A stretch of 64,000 nt of DNA, from NCBI GenBank assembly GCA_965279035.1, contig OZ257142.1, positions 1,984,001 to 2,048,000 on the forward strand, given 5' to 3'. Every line of letters starts with the position of its first letter. Position 1 is the first letter of the stretch. The stretch is from Bacteroidia bacterium. GTDB lineage: Bacteria > Bacteroidota > Bacteroidia > M30B66. The translations under genes were made by a program, and so were the position numbers. Positions 21,501 through 31,275 of the stretch are shown here, piece after piece. The notes beneath the pieces are model-generated. The model was given only the letters and a program-made list of their open reading frames with translations. It made no database searches and was not told where the DNA came from.

Positions 21501-23195
21501 ATGCGAAAAATTTATTTTATCTGGGCTTATATGCTAAGTATAAGTTTGTTGAGTTGTCAAAAAGAAATTCTTTTAACAGAGAATTCGGAAGTATCAAGCC
21601 CTATTTCACACACGAAATCATTACTATTTGAAACCATCGAAACTGGAACTAAAACAGCATACACAACTGCGAATGTTAGTTTGAATTCTGGTTCATGGAC
21701 TTTCAATGATGCATTAATAGGAAATTCAGCGTCCGACCGTAAAAATGGAGCACAATCAGCGCGTATTCGTAATGCTGGTAAGCTAACCATGAATTTTGAT
21801 AAAACTAATGGAGCTGGTGATGTAACTATTTCTCATGCACTCTATGGTACTGATGCAGCATGTACTTGGCAACTTTATTATTCGCAAAATGCTGGCTCAA
21901 CATGGACAGCATTTGGAAGTCCAGTAACAACATCAAGTACTACGCTTACTTCAAGTTTATTCAAGCTTGATATCAGTGGAAATATTCGTTTGGATATTCG
22001 CAAAACGGACGGTTCAACCAGTCGTTTAAACATTGATGATATTAATATTGCTGATTATTCTTCTACCAATCCATCTCCTGTATTAAGTAGTATAAGCCCT
22101 AATACAAAAGTTGCCGGATCTGCTGCTTTTACAATTACAGTTACAGGTTCGAATTTCGTAAATGGATCAAGCATCAATTGGAATGGAACAGCTTTAACTA
22201 CAACGTATACAAGTTCTGTTCAGCTTACTGCTTCCGTTGCTGCAAACTTAATATCAACAGATGGAACTGCTTCTGTTAGTGTTGTAACACCAGCACCAGG
22301 AGGTGGGACTTCAACAAGTTCTTCTTTTACTATAACTTCCATTCCTGTAAATACGACCAAGAAATTTTTATTTGATAACCGACATGCCGAAACTGCTGGA
22401 AATGCCGATTGGGTAATGGATGCAGATAACAATGTGGCTGCACGTTTTCCAACACCTTTGCAAAGCAATGTTACTTCAACTACTGCCGAAACCTATTGGA
22501 AAGGAGCAATCTCGGCTTGGGGTATTGCTTTAGTTAAACTCGGGCATACAGTTGAAACATTACCAACTTCTTCTTCAATTTCTTATGGTAATTCAAGCAA
22601 TACTCAAGATTTAAGTAATTATAATGTGTTTGTGGTTGATGAACCCAATACAGTATTTACTTCTGCCGAGAAAACAGCAATTTTAAATTTTGTGCAAAAT
22701 GGAGGTAGTTTAATGATGATTTCCGATCATACAATTTCCGATAGAAATAACGATGGTTGGGATTCTCCTATGATTTGGAATGACTTAATGAGCAACAATA
22801 CAGTTCAAACTAATCCTTTTGGATTTACGATCGATTATACAGATATATCAACAACTTCATCCAATGTGAGCACATCAACACATCCAATTCTGAATGGAAC
22901 TCAAGGAAATGTGACCAGCTTGCAATTTAATAATGGAGCAACCATCTCAATTAATCCTACTGCAAATTCATCAGTGCAAGGTTTAGTTTGGACATCTGGT
23001 GTTACTAAAAACAATTCGAATATTTTATGTGCAAGTAGTACGTTTGGGAGCGGACGTGTTTTTGTTTTAGCCGATAGTTCACCTGTAGATGATGGAACTG
23101 GAGCAACAACAGATGTTTTATATAATGGTTGGGGTGTTTATAGTCATTCAAAATTGTTATTGAATGCTTCGTTGTGGTGTGCTAAAGTGCAATAA
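21501..23195 (+). CDS. Lipoprotein with N-terminal beta-sandwich, IPT/TIG domain and uncharacterised alpha/beta C-terminal domain
   Basis: Lipobox SLLSC after ATG 21501; PVLSSISP...ITVTGSNF TIG pattern; C-terminal FLFDNRHAETAGNADW...SDH...DRNNDGWD. Confidence 0.75.
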   Translation: MRKIYFIWAYMLSISLLSCQKEILLTENSEVSSPISHTKSLLFETIETGTKTAYTTANVSLNSGSWTFNDALIGNSASDRKNGAQSARIRNAGKLTMNFDKTNGAGDVTISHALYGTDAACTWQLYYSQNAGSTWTAFGSPVTTSSTTLTSSLFKLDISGNIRLDIRKTDGSTSRLNIDDINIADYSSTNPSPVLSSISPNTKVAGSAAFTITVTGSNFVNGSSINWNGTALTTTYTSSVQLTASVAANLISTDGTASVSVVTPAPGGGTSTSSSFTITSIPVNTTKKFLFDNRHAETAGNADWVMDADNNVAARFPTPLQSNVTSTTAETYWKGAISAWGIALVKLGHTVETLPTSSSISYGNSSNTQDLSNYNVFVVDEPNTVFTSAEKTAILNFVQNGGSLMMISDHTISDRNNDGWDSPMIWNDLMSNNTVQTNPFGFTIDYTDISTTSSNVSTSTHPILNGTQGNVTSLQFNNGATISINPTANSSVQGLVWTSGVTKNNSNILCASSTFGSGRVFVLADSSPVDDGTGATTDVLYNGWGVYSHSKLLLNASLWCAKVQ

Positions 23196-23212
23196 GTAAA
23201 AATGAAAAATGG

Positions 23213-23248
23213 AAAGCCTTCTGGATTCATTCTGGGAGGCTTTTTTTT
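23213..23248 (+). terminator. Intrinsic terminator
   Basis: AAAGCCTTCTGGA / TCTGGGAGGCTTT stem (with G-U pairs) plus T8. Confidence 0.7.
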
Positions 23249-23421
23249 GTATTAAATACTATTTAAGAGATAAGTTAATATCCTTTTGTGTAGTTAAAAA
23301 TTAAATATATTCTTCAATAATGTTTATTACACATGCCAATTTTCAACACTTGAGAAAGGCTTTTAAATAAAATTATTTTAAAGTAAAATTAAGGTTTAAA
23401 AACGGATCTTGCGATGGTTTT

Positions 23422-23565
23422 GTCTGGGCGGCGAGGGTGTGTTTCGACTTTGATTAGAAAATGAATGTTTGATCAGAATGGTCGAAAAAAGGCTCTGCGT
23501 GCGAGCAGCATCGTCCAGACTTGAACTTATTTGATTACTTTCTTGTTTCAAGACAAGAAAATAAC
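23422..23565 (+). other. Candidate structured RNA or dispersed intergenic repeat
   Basis: GC-richer island with nested stems (23422-31/23511-20; 23442-48/23481-87; 23449-56/23470-77) and hairpin 23539-60 whose loop is complementary to 23520-25. Confidence 0.45.
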
Positions 23566-23672
23566 ACGTCGTAGACAAACATGAATGATATAGTGAAAAG
23601 ATGCTTAAACAGCTTTATTTTATTGATTGATATGACATAATTAACTTAATAAGGCAACCGCACAACGGTAAG

Positions 23673-24938
23673 TTAATATTCTTTCTCAACGTGATCTTCG
23701 AGATTCAATTTCCGAAGTTTGGGTGCAAGACGAAAAGCTCCAGCAACTACCGCTAAAGTCATACAACCACCAAGAATAACTGAATTTACCAATCCCAAAG
23801 TCTTTGCTGCTAAACCCGATTCGAATGCACCAAGTTCGTTTGATGAACCAATGAAAACACTATTTACCGAAGATACTCGTCCACGCATATCATCGGGAGT
23901 GAAAAGTTGCATAATAGTAGATCGAATTAGGACGCTCACGGCATCAAATGCTCCACTCAGTAGCAATATGGCAAACGAAAGCCAGAAGATTTCGGACAAT
24001 GCAAAACTGATCATCGAAATCCCAAATAGTGCAACGAATGTGAGTAATATTTTGCCCGAGTGTTTCATAGGAGCATGTCGAGTAATATAAACCGACGTTA
24101 TAACTGCACCAATCGATGGAGCAGCGCGCAATATTCCCAAACCTTGAGCTCCGGTGTGTAGAATTTCATTCGCAAAAACAGGCAACATGGAAACTGCACC
24201 TCCAAAGAGTACGGCGAATAAATCGAGAGTCAAAGCTGAGAGGACAATTTTTTGTTTATATACGAAACGTAATCCTTGTTTTAAGCTGATGAAAACCCCT
24301 TCTTTATTGGAATTAGATGCAGGAAAATCAGGTAATCGGCTGAAGAAAAACAAGGACAGCATAACGAGAATCATACATACTGCATACGTAACTTCTTTAC
24401 CATAAAAACCATAAATCAAACCGCCAACAGCTGGTCCAGAAACTGAAGCTATTTGCCAAACTGTACTATTCCAAGCAGCTCCATTCGCATACAATTCTCG
24501 TTTGAATAATTGGGGAAGCATCGATTGTACAGATGGTCCAGCTAAGGCTCTTGCAATACCTGTAATTCCAATAACAAAGTAAAATAGCCACTGTGGATTA
24601 TTTTTCGGAAGTATCGTTGGCTCTAAGGCGAAAAACAGCAGTAATGCAGCACAAAGCGAAAAGAGTGTAACAGATCGAAGAATGATTTTTTTTCGTTTGT
24701 AAATATCTGCCCAATAACCAGCAAACAAGACGAGCGAGATAAATGGAATGGCTTCGGAAATTCCAATAATTCCTAAAGCAAAAGGATCTTTCGTGAGTTG
24801 ATATACTTGCCAACCAACGGCAACGGCTTGCATCTGTATAGCCATGGTTAGGAAAAATCGGGCAGCAATAAAATTGCGAAACGGTTTTATTTTTAAAGCA
24901 GCAGTTCCCGAATGTTCCTTGTTTGTCATTATAGACAA
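23673..24938 (-). CDS. MFS transporter (MFS_3/DHA3-like)
   Basis: About 12 TM segments; AGYWADIYKRK motif A; TPDDMRGRVSS. The ATG at 24929 may be the true start. Confidence 0.9.
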   Translation of the reverse strand: MSIMTNKEHSGTAALKIKPFRNFIAARFFLTMAIQMQAVAVGWQVYQLTKDPFALGIIGISEAIPFISLVLFAGYWADIYKRKKIILRSVTLFSLCAALLLFFALEPTILPKNNPQWLFYFVIGITGIARALAGPSVQSMLPQLFKRELYANGAAWNSTVWQIASVSGPAVGGLIYGFYGKEVTYAVCMILVMLSLFFFSRLPDFPASNSNKEGVFISLKQGLRFVYKQKIVLSALTLDLFAVLFGGAVSMLPVFANEILHTGAQGLGILRAAPSIGAVITSVYITRHAPMKHSGKILLTFVALFGISMISFALSEIFWLSFAILLLSGAFDAVSVLIRSTIMQLFTPDDMRGRVSSVNSVFIGSSNELGAFESGLAAKTLGLVNSVILGGCMTLAVVAGAFRLAPKLRKLNLEDHVEKEY

Positions 24939-24978
24939 AAGTCCGACCTTCGTTTCAACCTACCAAATGAATCTGAAT

Positions 24979-25398
24979 ATGAAACGAATTTTTTTTCTGA
25001 TACTTTTTCTTCCCCTTGGAATTCAAGCACAATCGGAAGCGCAATTGGCCATTCGCAAGGTGATGGAACAACAAGCCGCCGATTGGAATCATGGAAATCT
25101 AGAAGCCTTTATGCAAGGATATTGGAATAACGATAGTTTGCGCTTCATAGGTAAAAAAGGTATTACATACGGATGGAAACCTGTATTGGAAAATTACAAG
25201 AAGTCATACGGAAATCAGGCATTAATGGGCATTCTTACTTTTGATAAATTGAATATCGAATTATTAAATGAAGATGCTGCTTTAGTCACTGGTTCATGGC
25301 GAGTTGTAACCAAAACAAGCGAGCAGGGCGGATGGTATAGTTTGATATTTAAATACATCGACAATCATTGGGTGATTGTTTTAGATCATACGAGTTAA
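24979..25398 (+). CDS. Secreted NTF2-like / DUF4440 (YybH-like) protein
   Basis: Signal peptide IQA-Q from ATG 24979; WNHGNLEAFMQGYW...W.IVLDHTS. Confidence 0.85.
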   Translation: MKRIFFLILFLPLGIQAQSEAQLAIRKVMEQQAADWNHGNLEAFMQGYWNNDSLRFIGKKGITYGWKPVLENYKKSYGNQALMGILTFDKLNIELLNEDAALVTGSWRVVTKTSEQGGWYSLIFKYIDNHWVIVLDHTS

Positions 25399-26621
25399 GG
25401 AACTTATGCTGTATTGTGATGAAATATCATGATATATTTTTATTGGATTGAACTGGATTTTAAAAACAAGCACATCTTTATATAAAGTTTATTTTTTTTA
25501 TGAATCGATTGATACTTATTTTTTGTTTTTTGTCGGGATATTCTTTCTCACAACAAACACCTGTTTTTCTTGCTGCATTTACAAATGGTGGAACCTTTTA
25601 TGATGAAGGTGGTTTTGGCACCTTGTCAGTTCTTACAGGTGACGCATCAATCATTAACACATTTAATTTACCAAATGAAAATCCAGGTTTAGACGCTCAA
25701 CATCCAGAATTAATTGAGACTTCAAACGGTAAAATTTATGGGCTTCATCGAGATGGTGGAAATGAAGGATTAGGTTTATTATTTGAATTTGATCCACTAA
25801 CACAATTTTATTCAATAAAACATGAGTTTAGTGATTCTGGCCTAATTGGTCATTCTCCCGAAGGTGGGATGATTTTATTACCTGATGGGAGATTATTAGG
25901 AACTACCTCATCAGGTGGAATTAACCAATCGGGAACTATTTTTTCATTTTCACCCATTAATGGGGCAGTACATGTTGAAGCTCAATTTGGTAATTCAACT
26001 GCTAAATGGCCTTCAGGTCAATTACTAATGGCATCAGATGGATGGGTTTATGGAACAACTTCAAATGGGGGCTTATCGGGATTAGGAACTATCTATCGTT
26101 TTCATCCGAATACAAATCAGCTGCAGGTTGTTTATGAATTTAATTCCATTGCAACTGGAACAGAACCAACTGGAGGTCTTTGTGAATTATCTGATGGGAA
26201 ATTATATGGATTTTGTAAATCGGGAGGTGAAGCTGCTTCAGGAGTTATTTATTCATTTCAATTAAATAATCAACAATATCAAGTTGTAAAATCGTTTGGC
26301 TGGAATGGAGATTATGGATATCCAGAAACCGGAAATGCTCCTGTTAAACTAGATGAATCAACATTTATTGCAGTTTTGGCAAACGGAGGAACTAATGGAA
26401 ATGGAAGTTTATTAAAGTGGAGCACATCAACACCTGATCCAGAATTTCTTTATCAGTTTTCAGTTTCAACAGGTGGTCAATCGAACGGACGAATAGTGAA
26501 ACATTCAAATGGAAATTGGTATTGGCTTTCAATCAATTTTACAAATGCAGCTCAAGTAGTTGAATATAATTTTAATTGACTATCGGCTTGACTGAACCTA
26601 AATGTTTTTTACTTCTGAAAT

Positions 26622-26860
26622 ATGACGAAAGAAGAAATTGCCAAGTACGCATACGAACCGACTAGTGTAACACTAGAACCGAAATCACTTTTAAAGATGG
26701 TGAAATTATAGTTGGGTACTTTCAAGGTAATACTCAAAAGAGCGATAACTTTTTTGAAAATAAATGGAGTTTTGTTAAAACGCCAATTATGAATCCCAAA
26801 GGAATAGAAACCATTTATAATGGAAATGATTTTCAAAGCGTTCGTGTTATTTATGTTTAA
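26622..26860 (+). pseudogene. Frameshifted small passenger ORF (about 79 aa)
   Basis: MTKEEIAKYAYEPTSV in one frame continues as NTRTEITFKDGEIIVGYFQG...ENKWSFVKTP...QSVRVIYV* after a single 1-nt shift near 26666-26709. Confidence 0.5.
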
Positions 26861-27174
26861 AAACCTCTTGATTTAAGCCGTTTTGCAGTTAGCATTAAAG
26901 GGAAAGTAAAGTGAGGGTTCATTTTTAACATTGCGGCTCTTATAGCATCTCTAATCTCAAGCGATGGCTGAATACGATATGCGTAGTTAATATCTATCTT
27001 CTCTTGTTCAGTCATTTTACTTCCGATTTCCATTTCTTCAGCTGAATAAAATTCGTTGAATATTACTTCTAGCATTCGAAGGTTATCAATTGTTAGGTCT
27101 TTTAAGGAAATTTGCACATCATAATTCTTGGAATTATGTTCAGCTATTTTAATTGTTACTTCTGGATTCTCCAT
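26857..27174 (-). CDS. Hypothetical passenger protein (about 105 aa)
   Basis: ORF 26857..27216; ATG at 27174 (MENPEV) preferred; lies wholly inside the TIR element. Confidence 0.6.
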   Translation of the reverse strand: MENPEVTIKIAEHNSKNYDVQISLKDLTIDNLRMLEVIFNEFYSAEEMEIGSKMTEQEKIDINYAYRIQPSLEIRDAIRAAMLKMNPHFTFPLMLTAKRLKSRGF

Positions 27175-29682
27175 TTTAAATTGTTTTGGGAGTGAATGTT
27201 TGAATTGTTGTTTCAAGTGCGACGTGGTTCAGATAAGCCGATAGTCATTTAATTTTAATTCAAACTCAATAAATGTTGTTTTAGATTCAATTCCTACCGG
27301 ATTCATATTGGGAACCCCTTTTGAGCATTCCTCTCAAAATCTAATTATTTTATCAGGAACAGGGAATCATTATTATGGTGGAGAATTGCACACATTTAAT
27401 CCTGAAAACCTAAGCGATTCGTTTATTCCACTTCATTTTAAATCTGAAGGAGCTCGACCTATTGGACCCTTGTGTTTAGCGTCGGATGGAAATTATTATG
27501 GATTATGCAGCATAGGTGCATTTCCTGAAGACAATTTAGGTTATGGTGCAGGTTTTAAATACAATCCTAGCAATCATTCCTATACACGATTATTTACGTT
27601 TGAAGGGACTGTTGTTAGAAGCGCAACTGGGATATTTACAGAAGGGGATACTGGTAAATTGTATGTACTAGTTGTAGGATCTCAAGGTGGTAGACCAAGA
27701 ATTATTCAATATGACATTAATACTGATGAATTGACTGTTGTTGTGAATTTCACAAATCTAGATGGGGATATTCCTTCCAATGGTTTGTTGAAAGCGAGTA
27801 ATGGTAAATTATACGGAACAACTACAAATGGTGGAGGAGGTGGAAGTATAGGAACCCTCTTCGAATTTGATCCAGCAACTTTGCAGTTTTCTACTCGATA
27901 TCGATTTAATAATCAAGCAATAGGTGCACAACCTTATGGCACTCTTATACAAGTGGCTCCAGATAAATTGATTGGTACAACTTTGTCGGGTGGTTTTACT
28001 ATTTCCGGGACTATTTATGAATTCACTATATCGACTGGAGTTGTTGTTTTAAAACAAACATTTAATTCAAGCAATGGGGCTAAACCATATGGTGGTTTAA
28101 TAGATGGAGGAGATGGTTTATTATACGGAACAACTTCCGAAGGAGGAACTGAAAATGAAGGAACAATTTACAGTTATAATTTCGTGAATAATACAATACA
28201 AACACTTGCAAGTTTTGGTTCTTTTGATCTCAATCATCCTTATTGTAATTTGACGATAGCATCTGATGGTTGGTTGTATGGTGTGACGAATGGAAATAAT
28301 GTTCGTGGTGGATTATTTCGATATAGCCCATCAAATCAACAATTGGAATTAATTCGTCAGTTTCGCAATAACGAAGGGTATGGAGCTATTTACAACCATC
28401 AATTACAAGAATTAAATGGAGTTTTAACTACTAATTCTATTCCTACAACACTTTGTTATGGTAGTTCTTTTTATGTGAAATTTGCTTGTAGTTCTTCCTT
28501 TCCAACAGATCATGTTTTCTCTGCAGAACTGAGTGATTCAAATGGAAGTTTTATTAATCCTTTGATCATTGGAAGTGTAGTTTCATCAACTGCCGATTCG
28601 GTTCTCGTTACAATTCCAAGTTCAATTCCATTGGGGATTGGATATCGCATTCGAGTTCGTGCTGAAGATGATTCAATGCTTAGTATTGATAATGGTTTCG
28701 ATATTACCATAGGCACTCCTGTTTTGGGAAGTGTAAATTTAGATTTGATAAATCAGGAGCCTATTTGTGCTGGAGAAGAACTACAATTCCAAGCATATAT
28801 CAGTGGTTTTACTAATTCGTGTCAATGGTTTTTGAACGATGTAGCATTTTTCAATTCTGGATTGTCGTTTATTAGTAATTCCTTAGTTCAAGGTGATGTT
28901 ATTTCGGTAAAACTTAATCCAGGTACAGGCTGTTTTACACAAACTCAATATGTGTCAAATTCCATTTATGTTGATTATTTTTCGAATGCTCTTCCAAGCG
29001 TGGACTTAGTAGTACCAACAAGCTTTTGCGAAGGATCAATTATCGATATTAATACCAATGATTATGCTTCTGGAAATTTGCCTACTTACAATTGGTACCT
29101 AAATGGACAACAACAAATCATAAGTAATTCAATGATCTCTATCCCATTGTCGATTGAATTAAATAATCAAACACTTTGGGTTGAAATGACTTCTTCTTTA
29201 ACTTGTGTAAGTCAATCGTCAGTATTTAGTGATACACTTGTGTTTGATATTCATGAGATTGATCAAACAGATGTATATGTAAATTTAGTATCGGGCGATA
29301 GTGTATTTGTAGGAGGCGCTTGGCAATATGAGGCTGGAACGTATACAGACATTTTAACGAATACATTTGGATGCGATAGTATTATTCAAACGTATGTGGA
29401 TATTATTTTGGATGATGGAAATCTAACTAATTCTAATGATTGGATTTTTCATTCCAATATAGAATGGGGAACAATACAATTTGGTTTATTAAATTCGATA
29501 GAATTCAATTGGGCACTTTATGATATTCTAGGTCGAAAGGTAAAAGCCGGAACATCCAATTCTTTAGTTGAATTGCATGTTGAAGATTTAACTTCAGGTG
29601 TGTATGTTTTGAGAATTGATTCAGGGATAAGAAATCACACTCAAAAATGGATAAAATAAATGATAATTAATTCAATTAATTT

Positions 29683-29716
29683 AAAAAAGCCATTAATTCT
29701 AATTAGTGGCTTTTTT
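29683..29716. terminator. Bidirectional intrinsic terminator
   Basis: AAAAAAGCCATTAATT-CT-AATTAGTGGCTTTTTT between convergent genes. Confidence 0.8.
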
Positions 29717-29718
29717 AA

Positions 29719-29907
29719 TTAACGTTGGCAGGAATTTCCTCCACATCCTGTATTACTAATGCCTTGCCAGAGAAAGAAGGCTCCAATTAATCCATACATT
29801 AAATTAGATGTTGTTACTCCTTCCATGAATGCAGATATCCCAATTACAATTCTTAGTATCCTTAACAGATGCCAGTTGTGTAATAATCCATTTAAAATAG
29901 CATTCAT
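29719..29907 (-). CDS. Small 2-TM protein (DUF2892/YgaP-like) in rhodanese operon
   Basis: 62 aa, two TM segments, C-terminal GCGGNSC; ATGA overlap with the upstream rhodanese. Confidence 0.7.
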   Translation of the reverse strand: MNAILNGLLHNWHLLRILRIVIGISAFMEGVTTSNLMYGLIGAFFLWQGISNTGCGGNSCQR

Positions 29908-30212
29908 CTTATTTTATTCAATAATGAATTCCATGGTCCACCATTAAATGCTGTAATTCCATTGGCAGATAATTGACTTTTAGCAGCACTACTTCTTGCT
30001 CCACTTCGACAAACCGTAATGACTGTTTTATTTTTCTTTTTTAATTCTTCCATTTTCGTTCGAATAGAATCAAGTGGAATATTTAATGAGCCAGGAATAT
30101 GTCCAGATTTATATTCAGCCACTGAACGAACATCAACGATAATGGCACCTTCTGAAACCAGTTGCTTAAAGTCGGTTGGCTCTCCGAACATTTTTTTGAG
30201 AAACGAAAACAT
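29904..30212 (-). CDS. Rhodanese-like sulfurtransferase
   Basis: IVDVRSVAEYKSGHIPGSLNIP; active-site loop CRSGARS. Confidence 0.92.
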   Translation of the reverse strand: MFSFLKKMFGEPTDFKQLVSEGAIIVDVRSVAEYKSGHIPGSLNIPLDSIRTKMEELKKKNKTVITVCRSGARSSAAKSQLSANGITAFNGGPWNSLLNKIR

Positions 30213-30215
30213 AGT

Positions 30216-30497
30216 TTATTGGATTTCAAATTGAATATCGTAAATACTACCAGCATTGTAAACTTCATTTATGCCTTCGCGCATAAGAATGCTACAAGCT
30301 AATGCGCTTCTTGCTCCACTGCGACAAAATACAATAAGAGGTTTGCTGAGTTGTTTTACTTCATCTATACGATGCTCTAATTGGTCTACAGGAATATTAA
30401 TTGATTGAGGAATCTGTTCAGACATAAATTCCATGGGGCTGCGAACATCGAGTAAAGTTCTGCCTTGAGTTTGGAGTAATTCAGTGATTGAATTCAT
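30216..30497 (-). CDS. Rhodanese-like sulfurtransferase
   Basis: LLDVRSPMEF...SINIP; active-site loop CRSGARS. Confidence 0.92.
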   Translation of the reverse strand: MNSITELLQTQGRTLLDVRSPMEFMSEQIPQSINIPVDQLEHRIDEVKQLSKPLIVFCRSGARSALACSILMREGINEVYNAGSIYDIQFEIQ

Positions 30498-30543
30498 AAA
30501 AAGATTTATTGGGACAAATTTGAGTTAGTCCAACTTCATCTAT

Positions 30544-30559
30544 CGTGACATGTATCACT
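30544..30559. promoter_or_regulatory. CRP/FNR-family binding site candidate
   Basis: CGTGA-CATGTA-TCACT, 8/10 match to TGTGA-N6-TCACA, about 50 bp upstream of the rhodanese start. Confidence 0.55.
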
Positions 30560-31208
30560 ATTCGATTAATTTATCTAGATTAACTAATTCTATATGGTCT
30601 TTCCTAGAAATAACAACTCCTTTCTCATTCAATTTTTTTAATAATCTAGAGATTACTTCACGTGAGGAATTTAATTCTTGGGCTATTTCTGTGATGGATA
30701 TTTTTACAAGATTTGTTTTATGCATGTCCTTGTATCTTTTTAAATAATAAATTAATCGTTGATCCATATTTCTAAAAGCAACATGGTCTAATGTTTTAAG
30801 CACTTCATCAAAACGTGATCTATAATTTTCTAAAACGAAATAATACCACGTTTTATATTTACTCATCCATTCATCCATGTATTTTAAGGGAATAGTCAGT
30901 AAGGTAACTTCAGTTTCGGCTTTTGCCATCAATTGACTAACTTGAAAACGTGCTGCGCAAATCATGGATAGTGCACATGCTTGTCCACTTTCGAGGTAAT
31001 ACATAAAGAATTCATTTCCATCATCATCTTCTCGATACACTTTTACACTTCCATCCATAACCAGCATAACATTTTTAAAATGCTGTCCAGTTTTCATTAA
31101 GATTTCGCCGGAAGAAACATGCTTTATCACAGCAACGGTACTGATTTGATGATTAAGTTCTATTTCAAATGAAGGGAAAATTGTATGGATTTTTTCTGTT
31201 GGATTCAT
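30558..31208 (-). CDS. Crp/Fnr family transcriptional regulator
   Basis: cNMP-binding-like domain (GSVKVYRE...YYLESGQAC) and C-terminal HTH (EIAQELNSSREVISRLLK). Confidence 0.93.
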   Translation of the reverse strand: MNPTEKIHTIFPSFEIELNHQISTVAVIKHVSSGEILMKTGQHFKNVMLVMDGSVKVYREDDDGNEFFMYYLESGQACALSMICAARFQVSQLMAKAETEVTLLTIPLKYMDEWMSKYKTWYYFVLENYRSRFDEVLKTLDHVAFRNMDQRLIYYLKRYKDMHKTNLVKISITEIAQELNSSREVISRLLKKLNEKGVVISRKDHIELVNLDKLIE

Positions 31209-31275
31209 ACTGCAAATTCAATAAAAATTCCCGAAATCAACGAAGGCATTTATATTCGTATTTTAATTTCAAATT

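Larger units (their letters stand above)
26575..27249. mobile_element. Non-autonomous TIR cassette (MITE/MIC-like, possibly IS1595-related) with passenger ORFs
   Basis: Left end ATTGACTATCGGCTTGACTGAACC versus reverse complement of right end AATGACTATCGGCTTATCTGAACC (21/24). Direct repeat TAATTTTA at 26567-74 and 27250-57. No transposase inside. Confidence 0.85.
25500..29659 (+). pseudogene. Insertion-disrupted T9SS beta-propeller repeat protein (GloVer-type repeats, Ig-like domains, CTD)
   Basis: ORF 25500..26579 (signal peptide) and ORF 27308..29659 (T9SS CTD) share ASDG.LYGTT..GG....GTIF repeats. Removing the intervening element joins them in frame to about 1158 aa. Confidence 0.88.

Noticed and set aside
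23396-23578. 60-aa minus-strand ORF
   Set aside because: Non-ATG start, no recognisable features, and it coincides with the structured element.
26609-26836. 75-aa minus-strand ORF in the cassette
   Set aside because: It is antisense to the more protein-like frameshifted + strand ORF; probably a shadow, though not excluded.
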